64,000 bases of DNA from Fimbriosthenelais zetlandica. Lineage: Eukaryota. The notes beneath the pieces are model-generated. The model was not told the origin of the DNA. It ran no database searches and saw only the letters and a program-made list of their open reading frames with translations. Within the stretch, counting starts at the first letter, position 1; each line of letters opens with the position of its first letter. The stretch covers positions 13,392,001 to 13,456,000 of the forward strand of contig OZ365113.1 of the NCBI GenBank assembly GCA_977030845.1. The letters run 5' to 3'. The position numbers were made by a program, and so were the translations under genes. Below, in pieces: positions 47,614-61,600 of this stretch.

Positions 47614-49982
47614 GCTCAGATTATGTGATCAGAATCGACCGCTTTTGTAATGCTCAATGAAGCACCTGAAAAATAGGAATTTGTACTCATGTGTGGAAGC
47701 AAAAAAAGTTGGTGCTATGGAAAACTATGCTGTGGATAACTGTATGTAATTTCTAAAAATGGTCTTTATCTAGATTTGAAGTGTAATACTAGAAATCTGA
47801 GCCTAAAGTGAAAGAACAGCTCTTGACATCCCACTCCGAAGCTACTTTATACCCCCCCCCCCCCCCCCCCTCCACAAATCCACTTCCTGCGCCTGGTAGC
47901 TTATCTTGGGATCATCAGATATGTATACTTGTATTGGAAATGTTATCTCGGGAATCATAGAGGTGTCATCCCCATGGAGACATTTCATGACAATAGGCCC
48001 TCCTCCCCCTGGCACTTAACTCTACCCGGACCTCACCTCTTCCTTTTCAGGTAGAGAAACAGAGAAATGTCAAGGTTGAGTCATGTGGGGCTGGAAGCTG
48101 GCCTTTGTCATAGCCTGTGAACCGACCAACAGCCCCCCTCCGCCTGCCGCACAATCCTTGAAACAAAATGTAATTAGGTTCCTGCGGGAAATGTCATTTT
48201 ACATACGCCAACTTGTCTCTCTCAGTGTCTTGTGTGTCTGTCCTTCTGTGCGTGTGGCCTTGTTCAACCCAGTTTATTCACTTCACAAATCATGCCCTCA
48301 TTATGGAAATGCTCAGAGACGATAGAGAAAGAGACAGAAAAAAATGCTGCTCAGGTCGAGGGAAGGCCCCTAGATATTAACGGAAGCAAGAGATATGAGT
48401 GAAGTGGTTTTTAAAAATGGCTGGGAGGGGGGCGGGGGAGGGGGGGTTATCCGTGTGTCATCACTAGCAGTTTTGCCTGGATGTGTGTTGGGAGGAGGAG
48501 GAACCAAACTGGTAACTGGGGTCTTCCCACTGAGCAACTCATAATAGTCAATGGGAGCAGATTGTGAGCAAATTTGAAATGATTGCTGAGCAAATGGTAA
48601 AGTCATTGGCTCTTTCTAGGGACCATTTTCCACAGACATATCCTTTAATTATAGTCTTTTAGAATATGAAAAAAGTGAAAAAGGTATAATTGGATTGACT
48701 TGTGCATTGTCAAGAATTCAAATATTGATTGAGGTGATGATATTGGATTAGAACTCAATGTCTAGGACCCCCATTGCAAGTGTTAGACCTTCCACTATGA
48801 GAAGGTAAACCTCACAGTTAGATCTGTTATAATAGGCCATCACTCTGTAGGCAAGCTATATTAACGCAGGTGAACTGCGGGCTTTACCTGTAAAAGGCAA
48901 GGTCAGGTCATAGCTGGAGGTCAGGTGTGGGTGGGGCATACACCTGTCAATCAAATAAGGCCGAGGTCACCACCCATCGAGTACCCACGGCCGCCTGCAA
49001 CCTCAGCAGGGGCGTAGGCAGCAGTGGTGGCGTCAGCGGCAATGCAGCAGCTGCTGCAGCTGCAACAACAGGGGCAGCAGCAACCATCCAGTCGTGGATG
49101 TAGGTAGACTTGTTCCGGACTTATACTCTCTATGGTGTATATTGCATGGATATATTCAACCTCATCTACCAGGACCTTGCTGAATGGACAGGTACACCTT
49201 TAATATAGACTCTTTGATTGAAAGCCGGTATAATTAATGGGCCATATACCTGGAGGTCATTAAACTTGGTGTGTCTCCATGGTGTGAGTTTAAAAAAAGA
49301 GAAATGAGGTCTAGATTCTCCATGGTTGAGCCAGACCAGGCTGGGACACTGTGCTTAGCGTCCTGATAGCATCTCCATCGCTGCCATGGCAACGGGCACG
49401 ATCTGGATCCAAGCTAGCTTCACTTTAACTCCCGCCCAGCCACCGAGGACGAGTGAAAAATGGTTTTTAGGTTTTATGTTTGCACTTCGAGTTGGTGTGA
49501 CTGTGGGTAAGAACAGAAGAATTGGTTGGAATGGGTGGTGGAGGAGGAGGAGGGAGTAGCGGAGTGGACAGGACAGAACAGAAGGGTAAGGGGTACATGA
49601 TAGAAGAACCCATAAGCCATAGCGGATTAGGGGAGCGGGTGTTGTGAAGGGTGAAGTATATGTTTTACTTTAAGTTATAACTTATTAGCGGTTAAGATAG
49701 TGCCAGTGCAGTGCGAAATCATTTTATAATATAACGACACAAAAAATATAATGATGGTGAGAAAACGGTTCAATACACATTTGACCCTATCAGGTCTGAC
49801 CATTGTGCGACTGTTCGCCAAAGGTTCACTTCTGATTAACATTACTTTATGGGTAATATCAAATTTCATCCTGGCCCCCAATTGCAGGTCTCATTGGCTG
49901 GCGGCTGAGCTCAGATTATGATTCGTCGGCTTTTGTAATGAATGAGGCACCTGAATCACACTGAAAAAGGGACTTTGTCATC
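47614..49982 (+). repeat. Pair of diverged direct repeats (about 75 bp; 47614-47689 and 49909-49982)
   Basis: Both read GCTCAGATTATG...GCTTTTGTAATG..AATGA.GCACCTGAA...GG.A.TTTGT. Confidence 0.75.
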
Positions 49983-50020
49983 ACGAGAGGATGTAGGATG
50001 AATTTGTCCTATACTGTATT

Positions 50021-50442
50021 CAGGGTTTCATTCAGAGGGGGGGATGGGGGGGATTTTTCCCCTGCATAAATTGGACAAGGGGGGGATATCCCCCCCATGA
50101 ACTTGCCGAGTAATATTTTTTCAATAACAATTGTCCATTTAAGACCTTATTTTATGTCCCAAAATGCACTAATATCACGAAATTACAGCTTAAATTCCAA
50201 AATTTTCCGGGGGGGCATGCCCCCGGACCCCCCTAGCAATGATTTGGCACTCGAACAAATGTAGAAACCTTGAAATTAGTTTTTTCTCTAAAAACTAGAC
50301 AGTTCATTAACGTTGAAAGTAAACCTGTATAATAATTATGCCAGGACAATAAATTATTTTCACAATATAGGGTTAGGGCCCCTTGGGGGGGCCAAAATTA
50401 TCCCCCCCCCCCCCCATCAATAATTTCCTGGCGGAAACCCTG
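50021..50442. mobile_element. Non-autonomous DNA transposon (MITE), 422 bp
   Basis: 9-bp TIRs CAGGGTTTC / GAAACCCTG flanked by identical TGTATT (50015-50020 and 50443-50448); G/C-run-rich interior. Confidence 0.6.
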
Positions 50443-53400
50443 TGTATTACAAAGACCCCCAGACCATCTCCCTAAAAAACACTTGTTAATGTATTTATAA
50501 TAATAATATATATTGAATACAATTTGACGTTTATAAGTTCAGATTCAGAATATAATGAACTTAAAATGAATGCTATTTAAATTACATTCAGTGATTCTAT
50601 ATATCTCAGATTAATATAGTATTATACATCTCAGACTAATGTAAGATTTTTTATTACATGGAATGAGAAGCACTACATGTTTGGTGCACGTTTCGTATTG
50701 ACCCCTGCTGCTCCCCGGATGCTGCTGCTACTGGTCTTGTGTAGGCTGTCACAGCGGTGCTGGTCGTAGTGGCGGTGGTGGGATGGGGCGAACAGTTAGT
50801 AGTTTACAGAAATGGGACAGTGTGGCAGGCTTCTCACTGTTCTAGTTTCGGTACAATTCTCTAGCATCCAATTTAAATAACTAGTATGTCAGTCACATTT
50901 TTCTAATCCTGAGAAAAATCGTTTTAAAAAACTCCAAATTGGTTATATAGTCGACTTTCAGCATTTCAATTGTCAATTCTGAAGTCGTGGGGGACTTTTT
51001 CATAAATGTAACAGCCTCTTTTGCCGGGAATTACTCTAATTAGTAACATTTTGACCTTAACTCACTTTTTCTTTGGTAAAATGTGACTTACTAGGTATTT
51101 CCATTGGACGCTACATCTATTCTGAAACAATTTATACACAGGGTGGGCATGGATAAGTTAAAATAAAACTTGTCATCCATCATATCCTGGATATGATTGT
51201 CCATGAAATTCTCTTGGTGACATACTAAACTTCAAGCTTGTGTACTCTCTAATTTATAATCATTATCTGTAGAAAGTAAGAATGAATGAAATTTTATTGT
51301 TTTAAATTAAACCTCCTTGTTTTCATCAGGCAGGACTGATTAATTTGCGAGGTGAATCAGGGGGTCAGATACATACCTAAGGAAATTATGACATATCATT
51401 TGTTCCTTTAAGTTGGGTGTTCAAATGATAGAGAAAACAATAACACATATAATTATCATACAATGACCAATTATTTTAATATTACCCAGATTTTAAATGG
51501 GTTCTATTAAACCCTTCATGTATTTGGTAGGGTTGTGTTTTTGTCGCCTGCCCTCAAGGCAGTAGAGAGACACTCTGCTCAAGTCGCTTGCTGACGGAGA
51601 ATCCAGGCCAGCTGCTTCATTTATGGTTGACCTGAAAGCTCTCTTGTTCAATTCTTGATTCCTGAATGATGGGTAATTTGAGGCCCGTATTTTACAGACT
51701 CCATATATATGAAACCATTGCTTAATATGCGCAGGAAAATTGATATTTGAGCAGCAGTACACGAAGAGTGACCTTATCTCATGTATGTTATTCCACGCCT
51801 GAGCCATTTTCATGATAAGAAAATTGTCAGACTTACTTAGTAGGAAAAAAACTAGGATGGATCAGTCTGAGTCTACTGAGTCCTTACCTGGACTATCTAG
51901 GTAAATGACGATTACACCTTGGCTGCTGTGTCTGGATGACTTATTAATGTTTTTATATCCTCCATCCTACTCGGTATAATTAAATACCATTGTACTCCAC
52001 ATGATTATTATTGGGAAAGGGCAGTTGAAGGATGAGATTCCGACTAAACCAAGCCCTCCTCCACTCCAGGCAACCCATCATGAACAAAAAATTAAATCCT
52101 CCCCCGCCCCTGCCACCCCCAACATTTTCCAGATAAAATTGATTTTCATGTGTCGCTGCTTGGAATGGCAGAGATCAGTGATTAGGTGAGGTGTCCCCCT
52201 CCTTTACTTAACAAATGAGTGTCGAGCTGCTCTGATTACACCAGGTCACGACCGCCGCAGGCTGGGTGTGCTCTTTCGCTCTAATAAGGTCAGCTTTATC
52301 CCACATGTTTATCTCCACCAACTCGCTATATTGCCAATTCATTCTATTACATTCAGACATCCGGCAATCTCATTGCAGGCGGTCATTATTTGTAAGCGTC
52401 GGCAACTATGTATTGTTAATGAGTGGCACTACTAATTCCGTAATAAGATTTGACTATACACTGATTGTCAGGAGGACATTTTTGCCTCATTTCACCTCGA
52501 TTGACCTCGCTTTTAACGTGGAGGTTGAATGTATAGTCTGATAACACACATCGTTTACTTGTTTACACCTTAGAGTACATACTACTATTAATTAATGTAC
52601 GGTGCGCTGTCCTTCTCTGAACTGAGATTAATTGCTCCTGAACGTTTGGTTAGTAACTTAATGTCATGACCAGCCAGTTTAATATTATTACCAGCCCGGG
52701 TATGGGTAGAAAATTAAACTCCCTTCTAGCCAGTACAACCAGCACTTACTCCATACAGGCCTGTCCTGGCTAGAGATGGATACTCCGTCTAACTCCCTTC
52801 AATCGTAGTTTGTTCTTCAATCCTAGTTTATCCTTCCTCTCGAGCTAGACCTGCCATATTATGTCATGTTGTCTTAATACAGGAGTTGAGCACCGTCAGG
52901 TTCTTGCTTCAATTGTAGTGATTTCGGTTCTGGATCCTTTTATCGGGGAACATTTACTAATCTTGCCTAATATGGGGAATCAAACAATCTAGTTCGGACA
53001 CAGAAAATTATGATTTATCCGAATGGCCCTAAAATACAGCTCCACATAAACATTGGTTGTGTTGACCTCGCCATGTGAATTAATATATATTTCATGCACG
53101 TGCATGTGCTCCATGTCATGAAAGTTTAGACATTTCTGTTGATAACATAGGAATGATTGTGATACCATATCAGTAGGCTGTCTACACGGACTACACCTTA
53201 GATATATATACATGCCTGGTCCGCTCTCTTGATGTGGTCCTCTTGGAATGCTTTCATTCAATTTAGGGTGGGAATCAACTGTTGATAATTCTGATTTTTT
53301 TTTTATATAAGACAGCTGTAGCATAGCGATAATGAAGTGGAAGTTGCTGAGTAGTGGAATTTGCATTAATAGACTGTTGTCCTCCTATATATTTGTATGA

Positions 53401-53539
53401 ATTTCTCAGCATGCGCAACCTTATTCTGTACAGGTGCCTGCCTGACCCCTGGCAAAGGTCACCGACAGCCGAGGTTGTTCTCTAGGTGGAGGCATTGGGG
53501 TGGGCGGGGTGTGGGTAGGAGTTGAAGGATTTGAGGCAG

Positions 53540-54884
53540 AGGTCAGAGTTCAGATCGAGGTCGGGGAATCTCTCTGTGATATATCCCTTAAACCATTTAG
53601 TCAATCAATTACAGGATGGGGGGCAAAGGTCCAGCCATAGATACATCTATCATCTATCTCTATCAGCAATTTGAATCCGAAATGTTACGTCCATAAAATC
53701 GTAGAGTCTTCTCAGGACTAGAAACTAGTCGATAATGTAATAAAAAAAATTATATGAGAAATGACCGTAGAGACCAAAATTAAGCGTCCAGCAGACACAC
53801 TGGTCTGATCCCTGCTGGGTTATCTACCAGTCAGATCAGAACCCAGTGGTCAGGCCTGGCAATGTGGTAGGCATAACCATCCATCATAGAGACACCTGAA
53901 CCCCCCCTAACCACTCCCCCTGTTTCCTACTTCCCCTCCCGTGTCCCTCCCTCCTCCTCTATAGCTACTGAGATGTCAAATCTTGTAACAAACTGAGCCC
54001 TGACCTTGCCTTGACCTCGCTTGACCTTTATCGACGTGATTTGACGTGAGACCCTTCTCCTCGTTATTTCTCTGAACCGTTCATTATGTCCACGACCCTC
54101 AGCCTCCTTACATTACTAACTTCTCACTAACGCTTCTCGTCATCAACACTCTCCCAGACTGCTTTCTATGGCTTTCAGGCTCCGTGGGTCTTGTGGGTGG
54201 GTATATACCTACCCAGAGATATGTCAGCTTATTTAGGACCTGTGTGAAAAGGGACCTTTAAATTTGAGGATATCCTTAAATTATTCCCTTTCAAGATCAT
54301 TTAGATGGCATCTCTGACTCTATAAGTATAGTAATGGGTGTTAACATGCACTCAATACTTAATCTCCCCACGCTGTCCTCTCAGTCTTTCAGATTTTTTC
54401 AAACTTGGGTTAAGCTCTGAAGGAAACCCTGAAAATGCCTCTCGTGTATATGCAGGACATCCATGCTCTCCTGCGGGCCATTTTAAGGTACAAAATGCCC
54501 TGGGAAAATATTTTCAGAGCTTCATACCCAATTCCGGTCATCCCCCATACATTTAAAAAAAAGACCATCTCCAGGATACACCGTAGTGACCCGGGAAATC
54601 TTTCTCTGTTATCCTCCCCGTCCACATAACATCGTGTCCTTTCCTGCCCTTTTACCTCCCAATTTCCATATATCTCTCTGTTCTCCCCTTTTCCTGCCTC
54701 TCCGCGCCTCCTTGCCTTGGATCTTTGCCTGCTGCCACTAGCGAAACGCCTTTCTGCAATCTGTAATACTTGTAGCCAGCCTCCTCCCCCTCCCACCCTC
54801 CCACAGGCTTTGCCGAGGCTCCATATCACATTGTGACCTCTGCCAGCCAAAGGTCACGCCCTGGGCGCGGGGTCACGTGACCCC
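53540..54884. promoter_or_regulatory. Nuclear-receptor response element cluster and CLEAR-type palindrome upstream of NR2C coding exon 1
   Basis: DR1 AGGTCA-G-AGTTCA 53540-53552; three TGACCT spaced 5 and 4 nt at 54001-54027; GGGGTCACGTGACCCC 54869-54884. Confidence 0.55.
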
Positions 54885-55699
54885 AGCTATTAGCCTAATG
54901 CTGTCTCATGACCTGCGCAGTCCTTTAAGCGCCTGATGCGCTGCCCTGCTGGCCGCTTTGGAAGGCTTGTAGCGCCAGGCAATGGATCTTAGTGGTGTTG
55001 TTGTTGGCAGAGAGAAAGAGACATGAAGTGGGAATTGAATGTCCAGAGGACAGGGATCAGGAGTGGGTAAATTGTAGTGGGAGGGCGTGAGCTTATAAAG
55101 GCTATGGGCGTCTCCCTTAAACGATGCTTGCCCATCCCCCTGCAATGCTTGAACCATGCCCGGTCGATCCTTGTCGCCCGGGCAGGCGAGATAAATAAGT
55201 AGTTTGGTTTAAGATGTATGTATACACATCGGTTCATGTCCGGGAAACCTGTTGTAATAAAACAACACCAGGACACTTGTTGGCCTTTGTTGTTTAAGAT
55301 GTTAACCTGGTGTGAACTCTATCATTGATGCGGTGCTTGGTAAATCTCTGTTAGACCTGAACCTCAGCCTAACCTAATTCATTCACTTAGTCAGGTCCCT
55401 ACTCGACATAATCTCTACCATGGTTTGTTAAACATTGATCAGGTTTTCAGGCCCGTTGATAATACCCTGCCTGATATTGTGATATCAAAGGTTTTCCTGG
55501 TGATTTTCGATATATTGAATGACCTGGACCTGCCTGATTATTGCTGTCCCTCTTTATTGCCTTCATAAGGAGGAGGACATTGTGAAAATTGCTGAGCATG
55601 ATTTTAATGAACATTTCTTTTTATTATTCGTAGATACGCGTGGCTGTGTGATGCCGGTGTTGTGAAAGGTGTGTGAGAGCCCTGGGTGCTTGTCGCTGC

Positions 55700-58600
55700 A
55701 TGGCCTCAGTAGACGACCTCCCTACGTCAGGGCATACCACGCCCCACATCACCATCACCAACACACCTAGTGACGTCATAGCAGTGGAACGCTCCAGTCC
55801 CGAGGTTTTCCACGTCGTGAGCAGCCCTCAAGGTGGCGCCACCACCTCGTCCACGACGTCAGCGCACAACATGGCGCTCCCTGCGCTTAATTCAACGTCA
55901 TCTTCAGGGAACGTCCAGACTATTACAATATCAGCCGGTAACCTGACGTTCCCAGTCACCATAGCTGGGTCCGCAATGGTAGGTCAAACATTTTGTCATC
56001 CACTTTTACGGAAAGTATTGTTTCGGTGAGATGTTTGTAGGTGGGGAGCGAGCAGATTTTGGCTATGGTGTAGTTTTGTGTAGGGGATGTATACATAAAG
56101 ATGACTTAGGCTACTTTCACAGAACATCCGGACCTGAGAAGGAAAAGCTCTGTCTATGGGTAGCTCTAACACTATGGGTAGGGATGCGAAATATTTGAGG
56201 AATAAATGAGTAAAAATAGTTCCAAATATCTCTTTGACACATTCATTACATTAGGACTTTTGGATTATGCTAGGATTTCACACCCAGTGATCTTACTATT
56301 CATTAGCCTGAGATGTGGGGAGTCCATCAAGGTACTGTGGTGACATTAAGTTGGCTAGAGGTCGGAGGTGAATTCACCCATTGAAGGTTTGTCCTTTAGA
56401 GGTCATGGTCTCTTCCTGCACGCTACCTGAGAGAATAGATGTTTATACTTCTAGGACAGGTTAAGGTCATTCACAGCTACCCGCACTAGCCACGCCCCAC
56501 CCACTTATTCATACACAATTCTCACTTTCGCTTAGAACCATACACTCGTCTCGAATGTCCAAGCTAAATATAGGTGCCAGGAGAAAGAAGAAAGTCAGTC
56601 ACTCCTGAGGTTTTAAAAATTATGGGCACTTTAAAATTACATTATTTTATGCAAATGCGTTAAGGTAAATGCGGAAAAAAATTGACTCACGATTTCAAAA
56701 TTAATCATTATTTAGATCCCGACCCCATACAGAGTCAATGTCTGTATCATATTTTCATTCACTCAGCATTGCCCTTTTGCTCTAGCACAAAGGTTAATTG
56801 AAATCCATTTGGAATTTTGCTTACCAAATGTATCAGGTTACAGTGTAATACTCATACTACTTATTACTTAAGGTCACCTTAACACTAACAATGTCTAAGT
56901 ACATGACCCAATGAACGTCCTGCAGAGACTCCCAAATAAATAAATTTAACAGTCAAGTCACAAATGAAGCTCTTGATTGATGTTTCCCTTACAAATTTTC
57001 AGTTTGATTTTGTTGGTTACTTTTAGCAGTTGAAGCTTGTGTTCAAATATTTTATATTCATCCTTTTGATTTGGAGGGATAAAGTTTCAGTGATTTCTTA
57101 TGTAGACTACTTTCATTTAATTTTCCCTCATAATCATGTTTTCAAAACATAAGCGGAGTTGGGAAGACAATATTTGAACCTAAAATGTCATCGGAAACCT
57201 GAGCTTTTCATATCAAATTAAAAATGACTTTACTGGGAAGGAAATAGTCTGTACGTCACCCCTGTACTAATGAATTGATCGACGGAAACATGAAAGGTTG
57301 ACCGTATTTAAAATAGTATTATTTGGCAGAGTACCTTTGTGAGAAAGTAGAGGCTAACCTAGACGAAATACTGCAATGAAGAACAGTCAGTGAGAGCCGC
57401 AAGTACAGTTAATAAATTTACCGTTTGCAGCAGATCGCATCACCCAACACTTCATCACCACAGATTGTGATGGGAGGCATGGCCAACCCCGAGTTAACCA
57501 CTCGTCTCAAGGAAGGTATCCCCGCCTCCCAGCAAACACTAGGTATCCTAGACGTGGCCAGCAAACTGAAGGTACCGGTAATTATGCGGACAACTCTTCT
57601 TCCTTTACACAACCTACAGAAACAAGGACATTAAAGAGTTTATTAATATCAATTCGCGGCAAGGACGGCCATTTTACTAAAAGCTGCCACTGTGTCTGTC
57701 ACTCTGCCTGTTTTCAATCTAGGAAAATTAGTTATGATTCTTCCTAGGAATATTGCTTATTAATATTCATCTTTCGAACGAACCATTTTTAATAGCAGAA
57801 AAATCCTTTGAGGTGGAATACCATGGAAAATATTGTGGGGATTCATTGTATGGATTCTAATGATCCATGAGCTAAAATATAGACTGCATATATATATAAA
57901 TGCTGATACATTGAGACTTGGGTATTCAGGGATCTATTTCGGCATATACCATTTGATTGTAGTGATACAAATGTCAAAGCTATAAGTATTGTCTGTCGAT
58001 TCAACGGTATTCCCCACAATGAAATGCTCCCGTTTCCTAAAATACGTGATCTGGCCACATCGTTCCGGCTTTTCTTTCGATAGCTCTTTTCTATGCCGGT
58101 CCCTGCATTATATTTATTTTACTCGCTTACATTCAATACTCTTAGTTCATTGTTGTTCGTGCCCGACAAAAACGTTTTTATCTCATCAGATAGGTGTATT
58201 AGTTTAAGTCATACTTAAAGGTCAAAACAGTTTCTGACAGATACAGACTTGTCTGACTTAGCATGTATACATCCCCGTCATTTATTAAATGAATAGGGAA
58301 AACACTTTTCTAACCCAAAAAATAGAACTCAGATTGCCTGATAAGGTGCTCAAATGCTTAGCCCTCGGGAGGTGGGGGTACGGGGGGGGGGGGGGGGGGG
58401 GAGACATAATTTGATTATATTCTCACATCTTATTTTAATCATACTTTAAGACAACTGGAGAAATACTTCTTTCAAACCTTTCATACCATTTTTGTGCAGG
58501 AATTACAACAACAACAGCATATGGACATGAACAAACAGTTAATGCAGGACCGCTTTGAGCCGTGTGTGGTGTGTGGCGACAGAGCCTCAGGTAAGATCTT

Positions 58601-61600
58601 GCCCTCCTTCTTGTCTCCCGTACGTAGACATCCGAGACATTTAAAGTAAAATGATGAATCTCAGCAGGCAGATGTCATTATCCTAGCCAAGTCGTCGTCT
58701 TACTTTCTGTTCCCTGGTATCTAGATTAACCATTTCTAAACATCTATTTGCCTTGCACAATAGATTAGTCATGCCAGTTTTCCGTCATTCTTGAATTCCA
58801 TTTCAGCTGAAATTGGAACAGTGAACTACTACCTATCTGGCATTGCTAATTCCAACATGGGAAAGAATTGTCGAGGGTTGCACCTACCATGTCATGATGT
58901 GTAACTCTATCCACTTTTTAGGTTAGGTTACATCAGTCGAAATGCTCATGGTATAAATATCTTTTACAGGTCGGCATTATGGTGTGATCAGTTGTGAAGG
59001 TTGTAAAGGATTCTTCAAGAGAAGTATACGTAAACAGTTGGGGTATGCCTGCCGTGGAAGCAAGGACTGTCCCATCACCAAACATTACCGGAACCGATGC
59101 CAGTTCTGCCGCTTACAGAAGTGTCTCGCCATGGGCATGCGTTCAGAATGTGAGTGGGACATCACTTTCATTTGATCACTTTTAATTAATGTTTTATCTT
59201 TCATGGGGCACAAAAACGTAGGTCACGGCAAAGGCCTTTCCCACCCACTGGATATCTGGTGCCACAATCATAATTTGATGAGCCAATTAGCAGCTGATCC
59301 CAGGAGATCCTAATTTACTGGGGAAGACACAAGTGGGAGAAGGACGCCTCCTCTTAATTAAACCAAGTGTTTTGAATGGGTTTAATATGGACATTAAAAT
59401 GTTTTTATTCATATTTCTCTCATGCCTATAAAAATTGTACTTTTACTGTGATGCCTTCTTTTGCCTATACATCTTCCCTTCGGTTCAGATTTTGGAATTA
59501 TCTCCCTTCTTATGTGAACTATAAATATTATATCTTTAGTCTCGCAAAGCCTAAAATGTGTATTGCATGTTACCATCTAAAATTCATTGATACTCAAACA
59601 TATCTATAACCATTACAGTACATGACTGGGATATTGACCAGATTTTCTCAATTCACAATTGCTTTGCTCACCTATACAGATTGATTGTTTATCAAGTGAC
59701 ATCACCCTGTGTGATGTATGGCTGTATTATCATTTGACTACTACTCTCCTGCTTTGTTTATCCTACTCATATGTTGATGACTTCTCTGTCTATGTACAAA
59801 GTGCTGTGCATGTTTATGGGCGGGGGTTGAGGCGGCCCGCCTTCTGCTTGCTCTGCTCCGAAACAAGGAAACTTGGCCAGCTGGTGCCAAGGCCTTATCT
59901 CCTCCACAATCAGCTACTACTACTACTAGTATTACTACCCTTGCTTTATCATTATGCCTACCACTCCTGCTTCCATAGATCATTTATCATAAGTTACCAT
60001 GGAGTAGCTCCTCCAAAGATTTATGTTTGGTAGCTCAGATTTCTTTTCGGTACCGTGATTTAGTTTTGTGAGTCAAGTTTTGTTCTTGACACTTTAATTA
60101 TAATATTTGATAATAGACATGGAATGATAAATGCCGTTCCCCAGCTTCCTGCTTCATGAATGCCATTTATGCATCCTGGTTTATGTGATTTGAACACATT
60201 GCTTGGACCGATGGAAGCTCTTGTGTATCTTAAACCTGAGATAATCACAAAGATCCACTATTTTTCTCTCCCTGAGAAATATATTTAACATATAAATTAA
60301 ATATCGGACCTACTCCTTTGAATAATATGTCCCTTGATAGATATCCGTGATATAAAGTATAAAAAGCAAGTAAGGATAGGGAAAGCTGAGATGTATATGA
60401 GGAGAAGGGCCTTGGTTCAGACACAGCATCTTAGAGCCTTGTTGCCCTTGCTTTGCAGCAGTTCAGCAGGAGCGCAGACCTCCCGAACCACCAGCCATAG
60501 ATAAACACAGACTGAGTGTGGCTACCTCCACACAAAAAATCTACATCCGTAAAGATCTGGCCAGCCCGTCCGCCGCCATCCCCACCTTCGCCTCGAAGAT
60601 GACCGAGGTAAGCAGGCTTAGCCCACTCATACCTGCTCATTCAAGGAAGGAAATGACAGGCGTCACTTCCAATTTCACATACCACCTGTCACCTCAATCA
60701 TATTGAATTCATCTGAAAAGTCTGATACAATATCAATCCTGAAGTATTCTCTCAGATCGTTGAAGGTTTGAATATACTATAATTAAAAACCTTATTGAAT
60801 AATTCTATGGATGCTCTATAACTTATATGTAACAGTATGATGATTTCCAGGTTGATGGTCACGCAGGGAAGACTGGGGAGAGTTTATTAGCCAATATGCA
60901 AGAACGCCTGGTGCAAACAGAACACGGTACAATCGTCCTTAGTACTGTACAGTCCAACTCCAGTACACAAAACACAGGTGAGACCATCAAAGCCCTCATC
61001 ATTCAAGACGAGTTTATAGGCAATCAAGTGATTTTGTATCGCAATTTCTCTTTTGCCACATACCCGCAATATAAATGGGAATATGACATTAAAACAAGTC
61101 TGAATTTGCTGCCCCACCTTACATTTCACGTAACTAGACGGAGATTCATAATTTGCATTCGGATTTACAAGCAGATAAAATGTATCACAAAAATTGCGAT
61201 GCCAATTTGAATGTATCGCAAATACATCAAATTGCATCGCAAAATGCGATGCGATACCAGGTAAATTATACCCTGAATTCTGGAATATTAGACCAGGGGC
61301 CATGAGGTTGAGCCCTCTGCCCTTCAACCCAGTCCACCTTCCGCTTCCCTAGTACGACCAGAGCTGCCGACATTCATTGACATGAGCTTACATGTGGGTG
61401 TGTGCTGTTCAGCCTTCTCTCAGACCTAATAGCCAAGCCCTCACGGGCTGAGTGGGTGGACTAGTGAAAATAAATTTGGGATTTCATTTCTAAGCAGTGT
61501 TGTAAGGCAGACAACCATGGCACTGCCCATCTCACAGCTAACGTTGCTGGTGTAACGTCAGAAGAAAGGTCACAGTAAAGGTCATACCATGGCCTTTCCC

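Noticed and set aside
58382-58401. Poly-G run (and poly-C at 47852-47870) as G-quadruplex elements
   Set aside because: Simple homopolymers with no supporting context.
60896-61210. 104-aa ORF
   Set aside because: NR2C exon 6 reading on into its intron past the donor at 60978.
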